Of a stretch of DNA of 19,651 bases, positions 17,336 through 19,651 are shown one piece after another. Position 1 is the first letter of the stretch. Each line of letters opens with the position of its first letter. This DNA comes from a virus. Its lineage: Duplodnaviria > Heunggongvirae > Uroviricota > Caudoviricetes. The position numbers were made by a program, and so were the translations under genes. The notes beneath the pieces were generated by a model. That model was given only the letters and a program-made list of their open reading frames with translations, was not told the DNA's origin and did not search any database. The stretch is taken from IMG/VR virus record IMGVR_UViG_2563366883_000015. One strand, written 5' to 3'.

Positions 17336-17698
17336 TTAATGACCTGCTGCGCGGAGTTTTCCGTCAGGTTCACCGGCAAGAGTCAGTAATTGTCCCTGGT
17401 CTTCCTGCAGAATAGTCAGGCGACCACCGCGATTGACATACATCGGCGTTTCGGTGGTGTCTTCTTCGGAAATTTTCCCGCGGTTAGTTGGGCGAACATA
17501 TGAGAGTTTGTGTTTGATTTTCACACGGTTCTCATCAAACGGTTCGATTTCCAGATTGAGTGAGACCTTCCCTTTGGTTTTCGTGTTCATCACACCGGAA
17601 GCGACCTCACTGAGAACTGCGCCGATTTTGGTTTCAAATACGCCGCCGTCCAGCTCCCCGATAAATGCCTGCACATCAGTACTGCGTTCGCTAGCCAT
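17336..17698 (-). CDS. yfdP: YfdP-like prophage protein
   Basis: 120 aa from ATG 17698 (MASERSTDVQAFIGELDGGVFETKIG...) with GAGGAG 7 nt upstream. The ORF track extends upstream to 17863 into GC-rich non-coding sequence. Confidence 0.6.
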   Translation of the reverse strand: MASERSTDVQAFIGELDGGVFETKIGAVLSEVASGVMNTKTKGKVSLNLEIEPFDENRVKIKHKLSYVRPTNRGKISEEDTTETPMYVNRGGRLTILQEDQGQLLTLAGEPDGKLRAAGH

Positions 17699-17739
17699 TT
17701 TGCTGCTCCTCATCATATCGACCCTGCAAGGTCGGTTGG

Positions 17740-18100
17740 TTTCTCCACAAAACAGAGAAGAACACCTGCGGTGGCAGCCGCCCGGATGGATTGGGTTATG
17801 AGCCCGTCGTCCGGTGATGCTCTTCTCTGTTTTGCAAAAAAGGACGGTACCAGCCGGAAGCAAGGGTACAAACTGGTACCGCCAGGACTACACACAGCAT
17901 AAAGTTGTGGTGCCGGGTGCCTCCCGGTGCCTGGCGAAGGTTGCACACCAGGCGGGTGGGTATCCACAGAAGGTCGACTGTCAGCCTCAACCTTAACCCG
18001 CGTGCGCTGAGCCGCATTCACCACAACGCTAAGGATTCTCTCTGGTTGAAAATACTTAGCTGTTATGTGCCTGCTTTTAGCCACATCAGGCGAGGTGGAC
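17740..18100. other. GC-rich, hairpin-dense non-coding block (candidate structured RNA or regulatory leader)
   Basis: No ORF with an RBS or sensible composition. 14-bp perfect stem CAAAACAGAGAAGA (17748-17761) / TCTTCTCTGTTTTG (17821-17834); 9-bp stem CGGTACCAG (17845-17853) / CTGGTACCG (17873-17881); further short stems. Confidence 0.35.
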
Positions 18101-18168
18101 CTGGTTATTCCCCAACAACAAGGATTCGGTTAATCTGGATATCCCCAACAACAATAAGAGTATTCAAT
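18101..18168 (+). repeat. Two tandem 34-bp imperfect direct repeats (core CTGGWTAT(T)CCCCAACAACAA) ending at the start of the downstream ORF
   Basis: R1 18101-18134 CTGGTTATTCCCCAACAACAAGGATTCGGTTAAT; R2 18135-18168 CTGGATATCCCCAACAACAATAAGAGTATTCAAT. An AGGATTC...CTGG motif also occurs at 18032-18047. Confidence 0.6.
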
Positions 18169-18684
18169 GTGATCGCTGAATTAACGGCAGCAATGACGGC
18201 TATTCGTGAAACAGCCCAGATTGCAAAACTAATGAACGAGGCAAAAACTCAAGCTGAAGTAAATGCGGCTATTGGTGAGCTGAACTCAAAGCTTGCGTCT
18301 ATTCAGCGCGAATGCGTGTCTCTCGTTGAACTGGTGGGCTCTTATCAAGAAATAAATGCTTCTCTCAAAGCTAAAATTGCAGAATTCGAAAACTTTGAGG
18401 CTCAGACGGAAGGCTATATCCTTAACCAACTTGAGTCGGGTACTTTTGTATACTCGAAGGAGGTAATCGTGAACGGTGGCAGCATAACCATGCATCTTTG
18501 CCCAAAATGTTTTGGACAAAAGATAGTATCGATACTTCAACCATTCCCGGTTAGCGAAGATGAGCTTTTTCATAAAAGCAGGTGCCTCCACTGTGAAAAT
18601 AAGTTTCTGATGAATAAAAATCCGGATTACGTATCGCCTCCATCCATTGAGGAGTTGTCCAGAAAACTTAACGGCAATCTGTAG
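18169..18684 (+). CDS. Hypothetical protein with N-terminal coiled-coil-like region and C-terminal CxxC...CxHC zinc-ribbon-like motif
   Basis: Frame open from GTG 18169 (AAGAG upstream) or ATG 18193 (MTAIRETAQIAKLMNEAKTQAEV...); stop TAG 18682-18684. Motif HLCPKCFGQK...(21 aa)...CLHCENKF. Convergent with cI. No family recognised. Confidence 0.5.
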   Translation: MIAELTAAMTAIRETAQIAKLMNEAKTQAEVNAAIGELNSKLASIQRECVSLVELVGSYQEINASLKAKIAEFENFEAQTEGYILNQLESGTFVYSKEVIVNGGSITMHLCPKCFGQKIVSILQPFPVSEDELFHKSRCLHCENKFLMNKNPDYVSPPSIEELSRKLNGNL

Positions 18685-18698
18685 ATTACTACTGTTGT

Positions 18699-18711
18699 GG
18701 ATATCCAGATT
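18699..18711. repeat. Right-hand inverted copy (GGATATCCAGATT) of a 13-nt sequence found in repeat R2 (AATCTGGATATCC, 18132-18144)
   Basis: Perfect 13/13 reverse-complement match, with similar ACAACA flank. The two sites bracket the ORF from ~25 nt before its start to 15 nt after its stop. Confidence 0.6.
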
Positions 18712-18722
18712 GCTAAAGAGCT

Positions 18723-18748
18723 AAGCGTCCTGTAGGGCGCTTTTTTGT
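18723..18748 (+). terminator. Rho-independent terminator for the zinc-ribbon ORF
   Basis: AAGCGTCC-TGTA-GGGCGCTT stem (one G-U pair) followed by TTTTTTG on the plus strand. Confidence 0.55.
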
Positions 18749-18912
18749 TGCTAACGAATCATCCTGGACTTCATATGCCCCAGGCGGCTACTTCGTGGGC
18801 GTCCTGCCTGTTCGTTTTTGACATTTACTGACTGCTTACGACACATGCACCGTGTTGCAACCAGATTTTGTTGTAATCCTGTAGTTGGTCTGGAACAAAA
18901 GATAAAATTAAA

Positions 18913-18949
18913 TTGCGAGATATGCAAGTGATATTTGCGAGGTATGCAA
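18913..18949. promoter_or_regulatory. Pair of 15-bp direct repeats TTGCGAGATATGCAA / TTGCGAGGTATGCAA, 22-bp period (operator-like)
   Basis: 14/15 identical copies at 18913-18927 and 18935-18949, each with inverted TTGC/GCAA ends, in the gap between the two convergent terminators downstream of cI. Confidence 0.35.
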
Positions 18950-18960
18950 ATTTATAGGTA

Positions 18961-18983
18961 GTAAAAAGCCACCTTTCGGTGGC
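18961..18983 (-). terminator. Rho-independent terminator downstream of the cI-type repressor gene
   Basis: GCCACC-TTTC-GGTGGC hairpin (18968-18983), followed on the minus strand by a T-tract (plus-strand AAAAA 18963-18967), 20 nt after the repressor stop. Confidence 0.5.
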
Positions 18984-19003
18984 CGATGGATGGGATATTG
19001 AGG

Positions 19004-19651
19004 TTAATTATGTCTCTTAAGGGTTTGCGACTGACTGATTAAGACCTTTCCAAAGACCATGAATCGGTGTTCGTTTTCGCTAGTAATTCCCCATTCACGG
19101 TAAATCTGGTTATCAGAAATCACCAGCAGTTTGTCAGGAATCATTTGAAGTCTTTTAACGTATATTTTGTCATCAAAACCAAAGACATATATACCATCAC
19201 CATCAAACTGATTGATGCTGACATCAACGAAGATGAGATCTCCTGGCTCAATGGTTGGACACATACTGTCCCCACGAACGTTGATAACTTTGATGTGATT
19301 GGCTGGTCGTCCGCCGAACATTGATACAGCATTATCAGTTCTGTATTCGATGGCATGAATCACATCAATGACATCACCGCCCTGGATAAGGCCATTTCCC
19401 GCACTGGCACTGATATCCAGCATTTCAATACGGAACACATCCTTCACCTGCGCAACATCCTCATTATTACTGTTTTTATATACAGTATTACTTTTGTGGG
19501 CAGAGGTAAAGAGATCAGCAATATCAACACCTAAGCTCTTGGCAATATTACTCAGTGTTTGTTCGGTAAATTGTTTTTGCTTACCCGTTTCTAAGCGCGA
19601 GATGTTCGCCGCATCTACTCCTATTGCTTCAGCGAGATCGGCGATTTTCAT
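19004..19651 (-). CDS. CI-type prophage repressor (HTH plus LexA-like S24 autopeptidase domain); N-terminus probably beyond the window edge
   Basis: HTH segment IADLAEAIGVDAANISRLETGK; Ala-Gly cleavage site in SASAGNG; S24 motifs VRGDSMCPTIEPGDLIFVD and YVKRL. The frame reaches the window end, and the HTH appears to lack its first helix. Confidence 0.85.
   Translation of the reverse strand: MKIADLAEAIGVDAANISRLETGKQKQFTEQTLSNIAKSLGVDIADLFTSAHKSNTVYKNSNNEDVAQVKDVFRIEMLDISASAGNGLIQGGDVIDVIHAIEYRTDNAVSMFGGRPANHIKVINVRGDSMCPTIEPGDLIFVDVSINQFDGDGIYVFGFDDKIYVKRLQMIPDKLLVISDNQIYREWGITSENEHRFMVFGKVLISQSQTLKRHN

Larger units (their letters stand above)
13719..19651. mobile_element. Lambdoid prophage integrated at the 3' end of argU (attL side: int, xis, early-left genes, immunity repressor); continues beyond the window
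   Basis: Integrase stop lies 16 bp after the tRNA. Early-left genes and the repressor are all on the minus strand, as in an integrated lambdoid prophage. Confidence 0.85.

Noticed and set aside
17713-18084. Overlapping ORFs in the GC-rich block (123 aa minus, 73 aa minus, 60 aa plus, and the N-terminal ~85 codons of the 259-aa plus ORF)
   Set aside because: Arg/Pro-rich low-complexity translations, mutually overlapping in several frames, with no RBS and a GTG start at best. Typical of GC-rich non-coding DNA.
17740-18100. Retron (msr/msd) or other known structured RNA (tmRNA, RNase P RNA, group II intron) as identity of the structured block
   Set aside because: No reverse transcriptase gene adjacent; no match by eye to the E. 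coli tmRNA or RNase P RNA sequences; no intron domain V-like element. The identity remains open.
18781-18846. Second plus-strand terminator-like hairpin plus T-tract (18781-18820) and a TTGACA hexamer (18818-18823)
   Set aside because: The stem needs a bulge and a wobble pair, and no acceptable -10 element follows the -35 hexamer at 16-18 bp. Too weak to call as a terminator or promoter.

Overview
This window looks like an Escherichia coli-type chromosomal locus (sfmH'-sfmF-fimZ-argU) flanked by two lambdoid prophage segments in opposite orientations. All calls rest on reading the ORF translations and the DNA by eye against remembered protein families; no database search was run. Left segment (1 to ~11.8 kb, main genes on the minus strand): a DLP12-like late/nin/replication block with tfa, a truncated side-tail-fibre tip, the ylcI/ybcW/ybcV/bor accessory genes, Rz/Rz1, a SAR endolysin, an S21-type pinholin, an antisense nmpC-like porin, Q, DUF968, KilA-N, RusA, a LexA-DNA-binding-domain-only protein, a PerC/Pch-like protein, a replication initiator with internal iteron-like repeats, and a CII/YdaT-like gene. 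This block ends abruptly against a 5'-truncated sfmH, with no cro/cI/int on that side. Right segment (13.7 to 19.65 kb): a prophage integrated at tRNA-Arg(UCU) with intD, xis, yfdT/S/R/Q/P-like early-left genes and a CI-type S24 repressor running off the window edge. The best candidate for an undescribed system is at 17.7-18.75 kb: a ~400-bp GC-rich, hairpin-dense non-coding block, two tandem 34-bp repeats, and a convergent zinc-ribbon ORF bracketed by a perfect 13-nt inverted repeat, with its own terminator. Its function is unknown and I could not match it to any family.
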